From Bacillota bacterium (GTDB lineage: Bacteria; Bacillota; Clostridia; Acetivibrionales; JAMNXU01), in NCBI GenBank assembly GCA_023623175.1, contig JAMNXU010000021.1:6912-70911 (forward strand): 64,000 nt of DNA, given 5' to 3'. Made by a program: the position numbers and the translations under genes. Under the pieces are notes generated by a model. That model saw only the letters and a list, made by a program, of their open reading frames with translations. It ran no database searches and was not told the origin of the DNA. Positions 28,198-37,374 of this stretch are shown here, in pieces. Numbering within the stretch: position 1 is the stretch's first letter; each line of letters starts with the position of its first letter.

Positions 28198-28257
28198 ACA
28201 GCCCTTGCTTCATTTCTCCTTTATGCGTGTTTTCTCCTTTATGCCCGTCATAATCCT

Positions 28258-29328
28258 TTATACCCGCGGCATATCCTTCATAATCTCCGCAACGGCATCC
28301 ACCAGCATCCTGTTGTTTTCCCGGGTGCTGACGGTTATTCGCAGGCAATTTTCCAGGTATGGCGCATTGGAAAAATTCCTCACGAGGATGCCGCGCTTTA
28401 ACAGTTGGTTATATAGGTAATTGCCGTCAGCGACGCGCACCAGTACGAAATTTGCGCGGGAAGGATACACAGTAACTCCGGGTATGCCCTTGAGTTCGCA
28501 TATCAGCTTTTCTCTTTCCTCAATGATGTATGCGACCCTTTCCCTTATCGTCTTTACTTCCTCCAGTATCATGAGCTCCGCCGCCCTCTGGGAAAATGAG
28601 TTTACATTGTAAGGGGGCTTTACCCTGTAAAGCTCGGAAACAATCTCCCTGTTGCCCGTAAGGTACCCCACGCGGAGCGCCGCCATTCCCATGGCTTTTG
28701 AAAAGGTATGGAGCACTACGACATTGGGAAGGGAAAGCGCCCGCCTGGTGAAGGAATCCCCGCAAAACTCGCCATAGGCCTCATCGACGACAATCACGCC
28801 GCTGAAATTTTCTGCGAGCCGAATCATGTCCCTTTGGGAAATGACACTACCCGTAGGATTATTGGGCGTGCACAGAAAAATAACTTTTGGCCTGTGCTTT
28901 TCGACGGCCTCAAAGAATAAATCCATCGGATAGTTGTAATCGCCGTCCAGCGGAATCTCCACGGGCACGCCGCCCGAAATGCGCGTGAAAATCCTGTACA
29001 TGCCGAAGGAAGGCACGGGGCAGATGACCCTGTCTCCCTTGCAGACAAAGGCATTGGCAGCAATATTAATCAGCTCGTCGGAACCAGCTCCTACCATTAC
29101 CTCGTCGCAGTCAATGCCCCAGTAATCAGCAATTGCCTCCCTGAGCCTCGTTGAATCAGAGTCCGGGTAAAAATTCAGTCCGCACCCCTCAACCAATTCG
29201 TCAGCAAGGCGTCTCCTTAATCTTTCGGGCAATTCAAACGGGCTTTCATTGGCATCCATTTTTATTTTGTATTCCACATTTTCGGTTTTATATGGCACAA
29301 AATCCGCCAAATCGCTTCTAAGATACAT
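28258..29328 (-). CDS. hisC: histidinol-phosphate aminotransferase
   Basis: 356 aa. Class II aminotransferase with the PLP lysine context HTFSKAMGMAALRVGY. Confidence 0.9.
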   Translation of the reverse strand: MYLRSDLADFVPYKTENVEYKIKMDANESPFELPERLRRRLADELVEGCGLNFYPDSDSTRLREAIADYWGIDCDEVMVGAGSDELINIAANAFVCKGDRVICPVPSFGMYRIFTRISGGVPVEIPLDGDYNYPMDLFFEAVEKHRPKVIFLCTPNNPTGSVISQRDMIRLAENFSGVIVVDEAYGEFCGDSFTRRALSLPNVVVLHTFSKAMGMAALRVGYLTGNREIVSELYRVKPPYNVNSFSQRAAELMILEEVKTIRERVAYIIEEREKLICELKGIPGVTVYPSRANFVLVRVADGNYLYNQLLKRGILVRNFSNAPYLENCLRITVSTRENNRMLVDAVAEIMKDMPRV

Positions 29329-30625
29329 CTTCTTTGAACCTCACTTCAACGGAATTTGCATGGGCAACAAGCCCCTCTTCCCTTGCGAAATCGGATATTT
29401 CCCTCCACATTTTCTCCAGTGCCGCGCGCGTAAAGGATACAATGCTCGATTTCTTAATAAAGGAATCAACGCCCAGCGCAGAGAAATACCGCGCTGTGCC
29501 GCTCGTCGGGAGCACGTGGTTCGGTCCCGCCATGTAATCGCCCACGGGTTCCGGCGAATATTCCCCGAGGAAAATGCATCCTGCATGTTTTATGTCCCCG
29601 AGCAGTTCATTTGGATTCGCTGTGCAGATCTCGAGGTGTTCGGGCGCTATGGCATTGGCCAGCGCAACTGCATCTTTCAGCGAATCGACCACGATCAGCG
29701 CCCCATTCTTGCTCAACGACAACTCGATAGTCCCGGCCGTTGACATTGGCGCTGCCTGCTTTGCTATTTCCTCCTTCACCCTCTCAGCCAGTTCATGGGA
29801 TGTGGTAACCAGTATGGCCGAAGCCATTGGGTCGTGCTCCGCCTGGGAAAGCAGATCAGCCGCCACATATGCGGGTTTTGCGCTTTCATCGGCAATAACG
29901 AGGACCTCGCTGGGTCCTGCAATCATGTCTATGTCCACGTAACCGTACACTTCTTTTTTCGCCAGCGTTACATATATGTTGCCGGGCCCGACTATTTTAT
30001 CCGCCTTGGGTATCGTAGCTGTGCCGAAAGCCAGCGCTGCTATCGCCTGGGCGCCGCCGACCCTGAATATTCTGTCCACACCGGCAATATCCGCCGCCAC
30101 GAGCGTGTTGGGATTTACAGAACCGTCGGGTTTCGGCGGCGTCACCATTATTATTTCCTCCACTCCCGCAACTTTGGCCGGAATAGCATTCATTAGCACC
30201 GAGGACGGATAGGCCGCCCTGCCGCCCGGAACATAAATACCCACGCGTTCCATCGGCTGAATTTTCTGCCCGAGGACGGTCCCGTCCTCTTCGAAGGATA
30301 CCCAGGAATTCGACTTTTGCTTCAGGTGGAATTTTTCAATCCTTTCCTTCGCCTTTTTAAGAATTTCAACGAGGCGCGGGCTGACTTTTTCGTACGCCCT
30401 TGCAATTTCATCCCGCGTCACGGCCATTTCCTCCGGCGCGCTGAACACGGCCCTGTCCAGCCGGCGCGAATACTCGAGGATCGCTTCGTCTCCGCGGTTT
30501 TTTACATCCGAAAGTATTTTTTCAACAACCGCCCTGCCCTCTTCAAAGTCCAGCTGGGAAGAGCGGTTCATTTGCCGGATAATCCACTGTATGTCCTTGT
30601 TTCTGCCGTCTATCAGTCTAACCAT
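29318..30625 (-). CDS. hisD: histidinol dehydrogenase
   Basis: 435 aa. [10 protein letters not shown], the IAGPSE block and the HisD signature QAEHD. Confidence 0.95.
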   Translation of the reverse strand: MVRLIDGRNKDIQWIIRQMNRSSQLDFEEGRAVVEKILSDVKNRGDEAILEYSRRLDRAVFSAPEEMAVTRDEIARAYEKVSPRLVEILKKAKERIEKFHLKQKSNSWVSFEEDGTVLGQKIQPMERVGIYVPGGRAAYPSSVLMNAIPAKVAGVEEIIMVTPPKPDGSVNPNTLVAADIAGVDRIFRVGGAQAIAALAFGTATIPKADKIVGPGNIYVTLAKKEVYGYVDIDMIAGPSEVLVIADESAKPAYVAADLLSQAEHDPMASAILVTTSHELAERVKEEIAKQAAPMSTAGTIELSLSKNGALIVVDSLKDAVALANAIAPEHLEICTANPNELLGDIKHAGCIFLGEYSPEPVGDYMAGPNHVLPTSGTARYFSALGVDSFIKKSSIVSFTRAALEKMWREISDFAREEGLVAHANSVEVRFKEDVS

Positions 30626-31268
30626 TGTTTTGTTCCTCCAGGACCTTCTGAATTTTGTCCATTATCGACCGGAGCTCCCTGTCCTTGACCTTGAGGCTCA
30701 CCCTGTTGACAACAAGGCGCGCGCTGATCGGGCAAATTTCCTCCAAAACCACAAGTCCGTTTTCCCTGAGCGTCCTCCCGCTTTCAACAATGTCTACGAT
30801 AACGTCGGAAAGGCCTATCAGCGGACCGAGCTCAACCGATCCGTTCAGCCTGATGATTTCAACGGACTCGCCCTGCCTTGAAAAGTAGCTTCTTGTGATG
30901 TTGGGGTACTTGGTTGCCACGCGGGTGTGGGCATTGGTTATCCAAATGTCCTTTTTTTCGGGAAATCCGGCAACTACCATCCTGCACTTTCCAAAACCCA
31001 GGTCAAGCATTTCGTAAATTGCGCGGCCTTCCTCCAGCAGCGTGTCCTTTCCCGCAATGCCCGCATCGGCAGCGCCGTATTCCACGTACGTGGGCACATC
31101 GCTGGGTTTGACCAGTATGAACCGGATTGACCCGTCTTCAGAGTGAAATATCAGTTTTCTCGAAAAGTCATCGGGTTTATTGCAAAGAATACCGCTTTTT
31201 TGGAATAACTCAACGGCTTCATCGGCCAGTCGGCCTTTAGCCAGCGCAATCGTCACCATCTGGTCCAT
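30618..31268 (-). CDS. hisG: ATP phosphoribosyltransferase, short form
   Basis: 216 aa. [23 protein letters not shown] and DIVESGRTL motifs. The short form matches the presence of hisZ. Confidence 0.95.
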   Translation of the reverse strand: MDQMVTIALAKGRLADEAVELFQKSGILCNKPDDFSRKLIFHSEDGSIRFILVKPSDVPTYVEYGAADAGIAGKDTLLEEGRAIYEMLDLGFGKCRMVVAGFPEKKDIWITNAHTRVATKYPNITRSYFSRQGESVEIIRLNGSVELGPLIGLSDVIVDIVESGRTLRENGLVVLEEICPISARLVVNRVSLKVKDRELRSIMDKIQKVLEEQNNG

Positions 31269-32481
31269 CCTCCACGATTATTTCTTCAAAATAACGCTCT
31301 CCAACCCTAAAAATTCTTTCTATTCCTCTTCTGCGGGCATAAGAAACGGGATCGCTGTCGCAGCCGGTTTCCATGAACACTTCAACCCTTTTGCCCTTCC
31401 TTCTTAGCTTCTGCAGGTACCTGAACGCACTATTTCTTTCTCCTTCTTCAAAAACGAACAGGATATCCGCCGGTGGGATTTTATCAAGGCCCTTCTGCCT
31501 TTCGAGCGCTATCAGGATGCGCTTGATTCCCAGTGCCACTCCCGTGGCGGGTATATCATATCCAAATTCCGATACAAGCCTGTCGTACCTTCCGCCGCCG
31601 CAAATGGGATATCCGAGCTCCCTTGTAATGCCGCGGAAAATAATGCCCGTATAATAGTTAAGGCTGTGAACCATGCCGAGGTCAAACGTAATGTATTTAT
31701 CAAGTTCGTAGTCGCAAAGTATCCCGTATACCTGCCGTATGTTGCGGACAGCGTTAATGCAGCGCGGGTTTTCCGTCAGCGACAGTGCCCTTTCGAGCAT
31801 GTCGGCGCCGCCGTAAAGGTTGGGAAGATCAAGCAGGACCTTTTTTGTTCCGGCAGGCATATCAACATTTTTTAAATACGATTCAAGCGCCAGTATATTT
31901 TTCTGGTCAATCAGGCTGCGGATATCCTCCGCCTGCTGTTCATCCAGCGCCGCTTCTTCAATGAGTCCCTTGAAAAACTCCACCTGGCCGATGTCGATTT
32001 GAAAATCCCTGAGTCCCAGTTCCAGGAGCGCCTGGATGGCAATCGAGATAACTTCGGCATCGGCTTCGGGACCCGGCACTCCGAGCAGCTCGATTCCTCC
32101 CTGGGCAATGTCCCTCTGCTTGCCCATCTGCAATTCCTCGTAACGATAAACGGAGCTGATATAAAAAAGTCGCAACGGAAGTCCGGAGTTTTTAAGCTTT
32201 GTTGCTGCAATCCTGGCAATCGGCGTCGTAATGTCGGGCCTTAAAACCAGTATCCTGCCTCCTGTTTCCGGTATTTTGAACAGCTGCTCCTGGGCAATGG
32301 TCGTATTGCCGTCGGCAAAAACGTCAAAATATTCGAAAATCGGTGTTTCCACCTCGTCATAACCATTCATGAAAAAAATCCTTCTGAGGCACTCCTCGGT
32401 TTTGCGCTTATTGTAACATTCCACCGGGAGAAAATCCTGCATCCCTTCGGGTATATACTGTTTCCACCTGTTCATTTCCAT
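31237..32481 (-). CDS. hisZ: ATP phosphoribosyltransferase regulatory subunit (HisRS paralogue)
   Basis: 414 aa. HisRS-like class II core ([24 protein letters not shown]) without an anticodon-binding function. It overlaps hisG. Confidence 0.9.
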   Translation of the reverse strand: MEMNRWKQYIPEGMQDFLPVECYNKRKTEECLRRIFFMNGYDEVETPIFEYFDVFADGNTTIAQEQLFKIPETGGRILVLRPDITTPIARIAATKLKNSGLPLRLFYISSVYRYEELQMGKQRDIAQGGIELLGVPGPEADAEVISIAIQALLELGLRDFQIDIGQVEFFKGLIEEAALDEQQAEDIRSLIDQKNILALESYLKNVDMPAGTKKVLLDLPNLYGGADMLERALSLTENPRCINAVRNIRQVYGILCDYELDKYITFDLGMVHSLNYYTGIIFRGITRELGYPICGGGRYDRLVSEFGYDIPATGVALGIKRILIALERQKGLDKIPPADILFVFEEGERNSAFRYLQKLRRKGKRVEVFMETGCDSDPVSYARRRGIERIFRVGERYFEEIIVEDGPDGDDCAG

Positions 32482-32543
32482 TTCCCTTTTCTTTTACTTT
32501 ATTAATTTATCGTGCTAAAGTGCTAATTCGTTAAATTACTAAT

Positions 32544-32572
32544 ATTATAGGTTGCTTTCAGGAAACTGTCAA
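32544..32572 (-). promoter_or_regulatory. consensus sigma-A-type promoter of the his operon
   Basis: On the minus strand: TTGACA, a 17-nt spacer, then TATAAT, about 60 nt upstream of the hisZ ATG. The short leader contains the direct repeat TTAGCAC x2. Confidence 0.7.
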
Positions 32573-32721
32573 CATGAAAAATAATTTTGAAGATCATGAG
32601 CCTTTGGTATCGGGCAAATGGCTTTATTCGACGATAGTTATGCTGAAAGGCGGATTGACGGCTTGCATAAACGGGTATAAAATTCATGTATTGCCTGTCG
32701 CATTTACGGAGGTGCTTTATC

Positions 32722-33528
32722 ATGATGGACTACCATATGCATTCAAACTACTCGACCGACTCGGATATGCCGATGGAAGCGGCATGTGCCACGGCAATAA
32801 AGCTTAACCTCAGGGAAATTTGCTTTACCGACCACGTTGATATCGACTGGCCGATACCGGGCCAGGAATTTTATATAACGCGGATGGATGATTATATAAA
32901 TGAACTGGAAATGCTGGCCAAAAAATACGAGCCCGGGATAAAAATAAAAAAAGGACTGGAGGTCGGCCTTCAGCCCCATGTGCTTGAAGAAGCTTCAAGC
33001 CTGGTTTCATCGCTTCCGCTGGATTTTGTCATTGGGTCGGTCCATTTAGTGGACAGAAAAGACCCGGCATCGGAGGACTATTTTCTCGGAAAGACCAAGG
33101 AAGAGGCCTATGTGGGCTATTACAGCGAAATACTGAGGCTTGTCAGGGCATATGACAATTTTGACGTCGTCGGGCATATAGACTATGTAAGAAGGTACTG
33201 GCCCGGTGAGCACTCTCCCGATGATTACATGATCGGCTTCGATGTGGTTGAAGAGATCCTGAAAGTAATAATTGACAAGGGAAAGGGAATAGAAGTAAAT
33301 ACATCGGGTTACAAAAGGCCGTTCCTCGACAGCAGCAACCCGCATTTCTGCGTGGTTAAAAGGTATTTCGAACTGGGCGGCGAGATTGTCACGGTGGGCT
33401 CTGATGCTCACAGTACCCGGTTTATTGGCTATCAGTTTCAAAGGGCGCTGGGCGAGATTAAAAAAGCCGGTTTTTCATACCTGGCTTCTTTCACGGCCAG
33501 AAAACCGTCTTTTATAAAAATAGATTAA
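32722..33528 (+). CDS. hisJ: PHP-family histidinol-phosphatase
   Basis: Start at MMDYHMHSNYS (GGAGG RBS). PHP metal motifs HMHS and FTDH.., and the C-terminal GSDAH. It is divergent from the his operon. Confidence 0.8.
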   Translation: MMDYHMHSNYSTDSDMPMEAACATAIKLNLREICFTDHVDIDWPIPGQEFYITRMDDYINELEMLAKKYEPGIKIKKGLEVGLQPHVLEEASSLVSSLPLDFVIGSVHLVDRKDPASEDYFLGKTKEEAYVGYYSEILRLVRAYDNFDVVGHIDYVRRYWPGEHSPDDYMIGFDVVEEILKVIIDKGKGIEVNTSGYKRPFLDSSNPHFCVVKRYFELGGEIVTVGSDAHSTRFIGYQFQRALGEIKKAGFSYLASFTARKPSFIKID

Positions 33529-33621
33529 GACATTTACCGGATGTCACAAAAAAATTGTATCCAGTCAAGTTTTTATATCATAAAAAAATTTTTTAATAAT
33601 AAAAACAAATGATTTTCGTAA

Positions 33622-33842
33622 AAAAGTGATTTTCCTGCAAAAACGAAATTTGCCTCAAGGTGAATTGCCAAAATCAGACATCGAGCCGCAGCGCAGCAAG
33701 CGATTAGGAGGCCGGGCCTGCGAAAGAACCTCTCCTGGCGCAGAAGGCGCGTATGTGGTCCCGGCGGCTTGAAACGCCAGGCAAGACGATACTGATTTCA
33801 ATGTATCTTTCACGAATTAATTTTTGCAGGAAAATCACTTTT
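33622..33842 (+). repeat. ~220-bp hairpin element bounded by terminal inverted repeats (TIRs), copy A (MITE-like or structured RNA)
   Basis: Terminal inverted repeats AAAAGTGATTTTCCTGCAAAAA ... TTTTTGCAGGAAAATCACTTTT. About 80 percent identical by eye to 40406-40625. GC-rich centre and no conserved ORF. Confidence 0.8.
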
Positions 33843-33981
33843 AATTTTTAAATAATTTAATTAATTTAATAATTTTAAATAAAGTCTACTTATAAATGAA
33901 TACTTGAAATTTGTTTTGCCCCAAAATTCAAATGTTTAAGCTTGAGCCTGTCTTTTAAATATTTAAGCCTTTTTTCAAAAT

Positions 33982-34953
33982 TCAAGCCTGTTTCTTCATT
34001 TTAAGAACTTCAAGGGATTTGGCCACGATGTTCTCCGTGGTGAGCCCGTACATCTCCAGGAGCCTGTCGGGTTTGCCGGATTTTCCGAATTTGTCCTGGA
34101 TACCTATGATTCTCGTGGGCACGGGATAGTTTTGCACGAGAACTTCGGCTACCGCGCTTCCGAGACCGCCCATCACGGTGTGTTCCTCCACGGTAACAAT
34201 GGCGCCGGTCTCCCTTGCGGCTTTGACAATAAGGTCCCTGTCAATGGGCTTAATGGTGTGGATATTAATTACCCTTGCGCTTATGCCTTCCTCAGCCAGA
34301 CGTTTTGACGCTTCAAGGGCATACTGCAGCATGAGTCCCGTGGCTATTATGGTGAGGTCATTGCCTTCCACCATGGTAATGCCCTTGCCCAGCTCAAACT
34401 TGTAATCCTTTTCGTCGAAAAGGACGGGAACCGCTAGGCGCCCCAATCTTATATAAACCGGTCCTTCGTGATCAATGGCAGCCTTGACTGCGTATTTTGT
34501 TTCAACCGCGTCGGCAGGGCTCAATACCACCATGTTGGGGAAAGAGCGCATTATCGCTATATCTTCTATCGCCTGGTGGGATGCGCCGTCTTCGCCCACC
34601 GATATTCCCGCGTGGGTCGCCCCGATCTTCACGTTCAGCGCGGGATAGCAAATGGAGTTTCTAACCTGCTCGCAGGCCCTCAGGGCGGCAAAAATCGCGA
34701 AACTGCTGGCAAATACTATCTTGCCGCATGTGGCCATTCCTGCCGCTACCGCCATCATGTTGCCTTCGGCTATACCCATATTGAAAAACCTGTCGGGATA
34801 TTTCTTCTTGAACGATTCAGTTTTCGTGGACTTGGACAGGTCGGCATCCACCACCACTATCCTGGGGTCGCTGCCGAATTCCGCCAGGGCGTTTCCGTAA
34901 GCTTCCCTCGTCGCTATCTTTTGTTCCATACTACTCAACCTCCAGTTTTGCAA
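33982..34953 (-). CDS. transketolase, C-terminal (pyrimidine-binding) subunit
   Basis: 323 aa. REAYG, GIAEGNM and EDGASHQ motifs of split transketolases. Confidence 0.9.
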   Translation of the reverse strand: MQNWRLSSMEQKIATREAYGNALAEFGSDPRIVVVDADLSKSTKTESFKKKYPDRFFNMGIAEGNMMAVAAGMATCGKIVFASSFAIFAALRACEQVRNSICYPALNVKIGATHAGISVGEDGASHQAIEDIAIMRSFPNMVVLSPADAVETKYAVKAAIDHEGPVYIRLGRLAVPVLFDEKDYKFELGKGITMVEGNDLTIIATGLMLQYALEASKRLAEEGISARVINIHTIKPIDRDLIVKAARETGAIVTVEEHTVMGGLGSAVAEVLVQNYPVPTRIIGIQDKFGKSGKPDRLLEMYGLTTENIVAKSLEVLKMKKQA

Positions 34954-35776
34954 GATATTCGTCCAGTTCCGCTATAGCCTGGTCTCGGTGTTCCTTCTTG
35001 GGCGGCGTCCCGTGCCAGCTTACTGAATTCTCCATGAAAGACACGCCCTTGCCCTTTATTGATTTAGCTATTATCATTACGGGCATTCCCTTGATTTCGC
35101 GCGCCTGGTTCAGCGCGTCAATTATTTGCTCGTAGTCATGGGCGTCAATCTTAAGCACCTTCCAGCCAAAAGCCCTGAATTTTTCCTCTACCGGTTCCGG
35201 CGACATGACTTCAGTTATTTTACCGTCAATCTGCAGACCGTTGTAGTCAAGAAACGCCACGAGGTTGTCAAGCTTGTAATGGGCAGCCGCCATCAATGCC
35301 TCCCAGACCTGCCCTTCCTGGATTTCTCCGTCGCCCAGTATCGCATAAACCCTGTAATCGGCCTTGTCGAGCTTGCCCATCATCGCCATGCCCACTGCCG
35401 CTGAAATTCCCTGGCCGAGGGAGCCTGTCGACATGTCAACGCCGGGCACCATTTTCATGCTGGGATGTCCCTCTAGGTAACTGTCGGCGCTGCGAAAACC
35501 TACCAGGTCTTCGACGGGGAAGAAGCCCCTTTCAGCAAGCACTCCGTAAAGAGCCGGTGCGCAATGTCCCTTGGAGAGCACAAACCTGTCCCTGTCTTTC
35601 CAATGGGGATTTTTCGGGTCCACCCTCATTTCGTGGAAATAAAGAACGGTGAGAATGTCGGTACAGGACAGGGAACCCCCCGGATGGCCAGCGCCGGCAT
35701 GGTAGGTTTCCTCAATAATATGCTTTCGTACACGCGTAGCGATTTTTTTGAGTTCGTTTATTTTTTTCTTGTCCAT
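34931..35776 (-). CDS. transketolase, N-terminal (TPP-binding) subunit
   Basis: 281 aa. GHPGGSLS and the TPP motif GDGEIQEGQVWEA. It overlaps the C-terminal subunit gene. Confidence 0.9.
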   Translation of the reverse strand: MDKKKINELKKIATRVRKHIIEETYHAGAGHPGGSLSCTDILTVLYFHEMRVDPKNPHWKDRDRFVLSKGHCAPALYGVLAERGFFPVEDLVGFRSADSYLEGHPSMKMVPGVDMSTGSLGQGISAAVGMAMMGKLDKADYRVYAILGDGEIQEGQVWEALMAAAHYKLDNLVAFLDYNGLQIDGKITEVMSPEPVEEKFRAFGWKVLKIDAHDYEQIIDALNQAREIKGMPVMIIAKSIKGKGVSFMENSVSWHGTPPKKEHRDQAIAELDEYLAKLEVE

Positions 35777-36211
35777 ACCTGTTACTCCTTCTGCACGAAT
35801 TATTGCTGATTATGCGAATCAAATAATTATTCGTAATTAAATAATTGTTCGTTATAAATGATAATACAATTTACCTGTTTCAACCGCAAATATTAAAAAT
35901 TAAAAACAATTAAGCCTGTCCTGCCTGCCTCAACTTGCATTACCACGCATTAGTACATCAGGCCGTATTATGCTTAAAACATGCAGGCATGGCTGTAAAT
36001 GTGCCAATAAGTAATATTTAAATACTTTGTTAAGCACACTCGGATGTCCTGTTAACATTGGAACGATAAACGCACCATTAACAGTATACTATATCCCAAT
36101 TGGAAAAGTCTATAAAAAACGCATTCGTTCTTCGCAACCCGCCTTCCTTCGGGCATCTGATCCATTGTTTATTCAATTCATGCGGCCTTCATGCGCCTAA
36201 TTCCATTCACT

Positions 36212-37111
36212 TTATTCATAAGTCTTAAATCCCTCGCCGAGTACTTCGCGTATTTCCGAGAGTATGATGAAGCTCCCGGGATCGGTGGTCTTGACTATAT
36301 TTTTTAAAGCCGTTATCTGGCTCCTGTCCAGGATGCACAGGAGCACTTTCTTATCCGTGCCCGTGTACATTCCGATACCTTTCAGCGCAGTCACTCCCCT
36401 GTCCAGTTCGGTCATGATTCTGCGGGCAATTTCGTCCGAGTGGTCGGATATAATCAGTACGCCCTTGGCAAAATTCACGCCTTCGACGACCGCGTCAATG
36501 ACCTTGGAAGACACGTAGAGCGTAACGATCGAGTAAAGCCCCAGTATGAAGCTTTTAAATGAAACCGTGGCAAAAACGATAATTGCCGTATCGATAAGGA
36601 GCAGGAGCTGTCCCAGTGTAAAATGAGGGATAAAACGGTTAATTATCCTCGCAGCCAGGTCTGTTCCTCCCGTGGTGGCGCCGTAGCGGAAAACCAGCCC
36701 TAAGCCTGCGCCCATCAGGAATCCCCCGAAAAGCGAATAGAGAAGCATGTCGGTGGGATTGGATTGCCCTCCCCTGAGGTATTCTTCGACAAAAGCAAAG
36801 GCCAAGGGACCTGTCGCGTCAATAATCAGCGAAAGCAGGACGGTGGCGCACAGCGTCCTTATAACAAATTTCCTGCCGATAAATTTTATCCCGAGGAAAA
36901 AAAGCGGCGCGTTCATGATCAGCATCGTTGCGCCCACGGGAAATATACCGCCCGAAAGGTAATAAATAACGGTGGCGAGTCCGCTCAGTCCGCCCGGCGC
37001 AATTTTAAAAGGCACCATGAAAACATTGACCGACACGGCGGTTATGAAAGTGCCAAGAATTATCAGGGAATAATCCCTGATGGTTTTTATGACCTTTTTC
37101 CTGCGTTTCAT
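36212..37111 (-). CDS. YitT family membrane protein (DUF161 TM repeats plus DUF2179 C-terminal domain)
   Basis: 299 aa. Pattern IAPGGLSGLA ... ATTGGTD and a soluble C-terminal domain. Confidence 0.75.
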   Translation of the reverse strand: MKRRKKVIKTIRDYSLIILGTFITAVSVNVFMVPFKIAPGGLSGLATVIYYLSGGIFPVGATMLIMNAPLFFLGIKFIGRKFVIRTLCATVLLSLIIDATGPLAFAFVEEYLRGGQSNPTDMLLYSLFGGFLMGAGLGLVFRYGATTGGTDLAARIINRFIPHFTLGQLLLLIDTAIIVFATVSFKSFILGLYSIVTLYVSSKVIDAVVEGVNFAKGVLIISDHSDEIARRIMTELDRGVTALKGIGMYTGTDKKVLLCILDRSQITALKNIVKTTDPGSFIILSEIREVLGEGFKTYE

Positions 37112-37374
37112 AGGCAGCGCTCCATAAAACCGCGTTTATTTTATTGTTTTTATTATTTCCGTTATATTTTATCGCTACTATCAATATTTTCAACTGCTAA
37201 AAACCGGTTTTCCGTCGATCCGGCAGGAAACTTCACCATGAGAAATTTTCATAAAATATTTCCCCTCTGCAACAAAATCATTAAAGTGGGATTTTCCCAG
37301 GCTGTGTGTTATAATCATGCCTGTGTTATAATCATAGTAAAATTCGCCCAAAATAACACTTACAGGAGATGCCT

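Noticed and set aside
32482-32721. A search for a T-box leader or His-codon attenuator upstream of hisZ.
   Set aside because: The leader from the consensus promoter to the ATG is only about 60 nt. It has no specifier, T-box sequence, leader peptide or terminator/antiterminator pair. Only a TTAGCAC direct repeat of unknown meaning is present.
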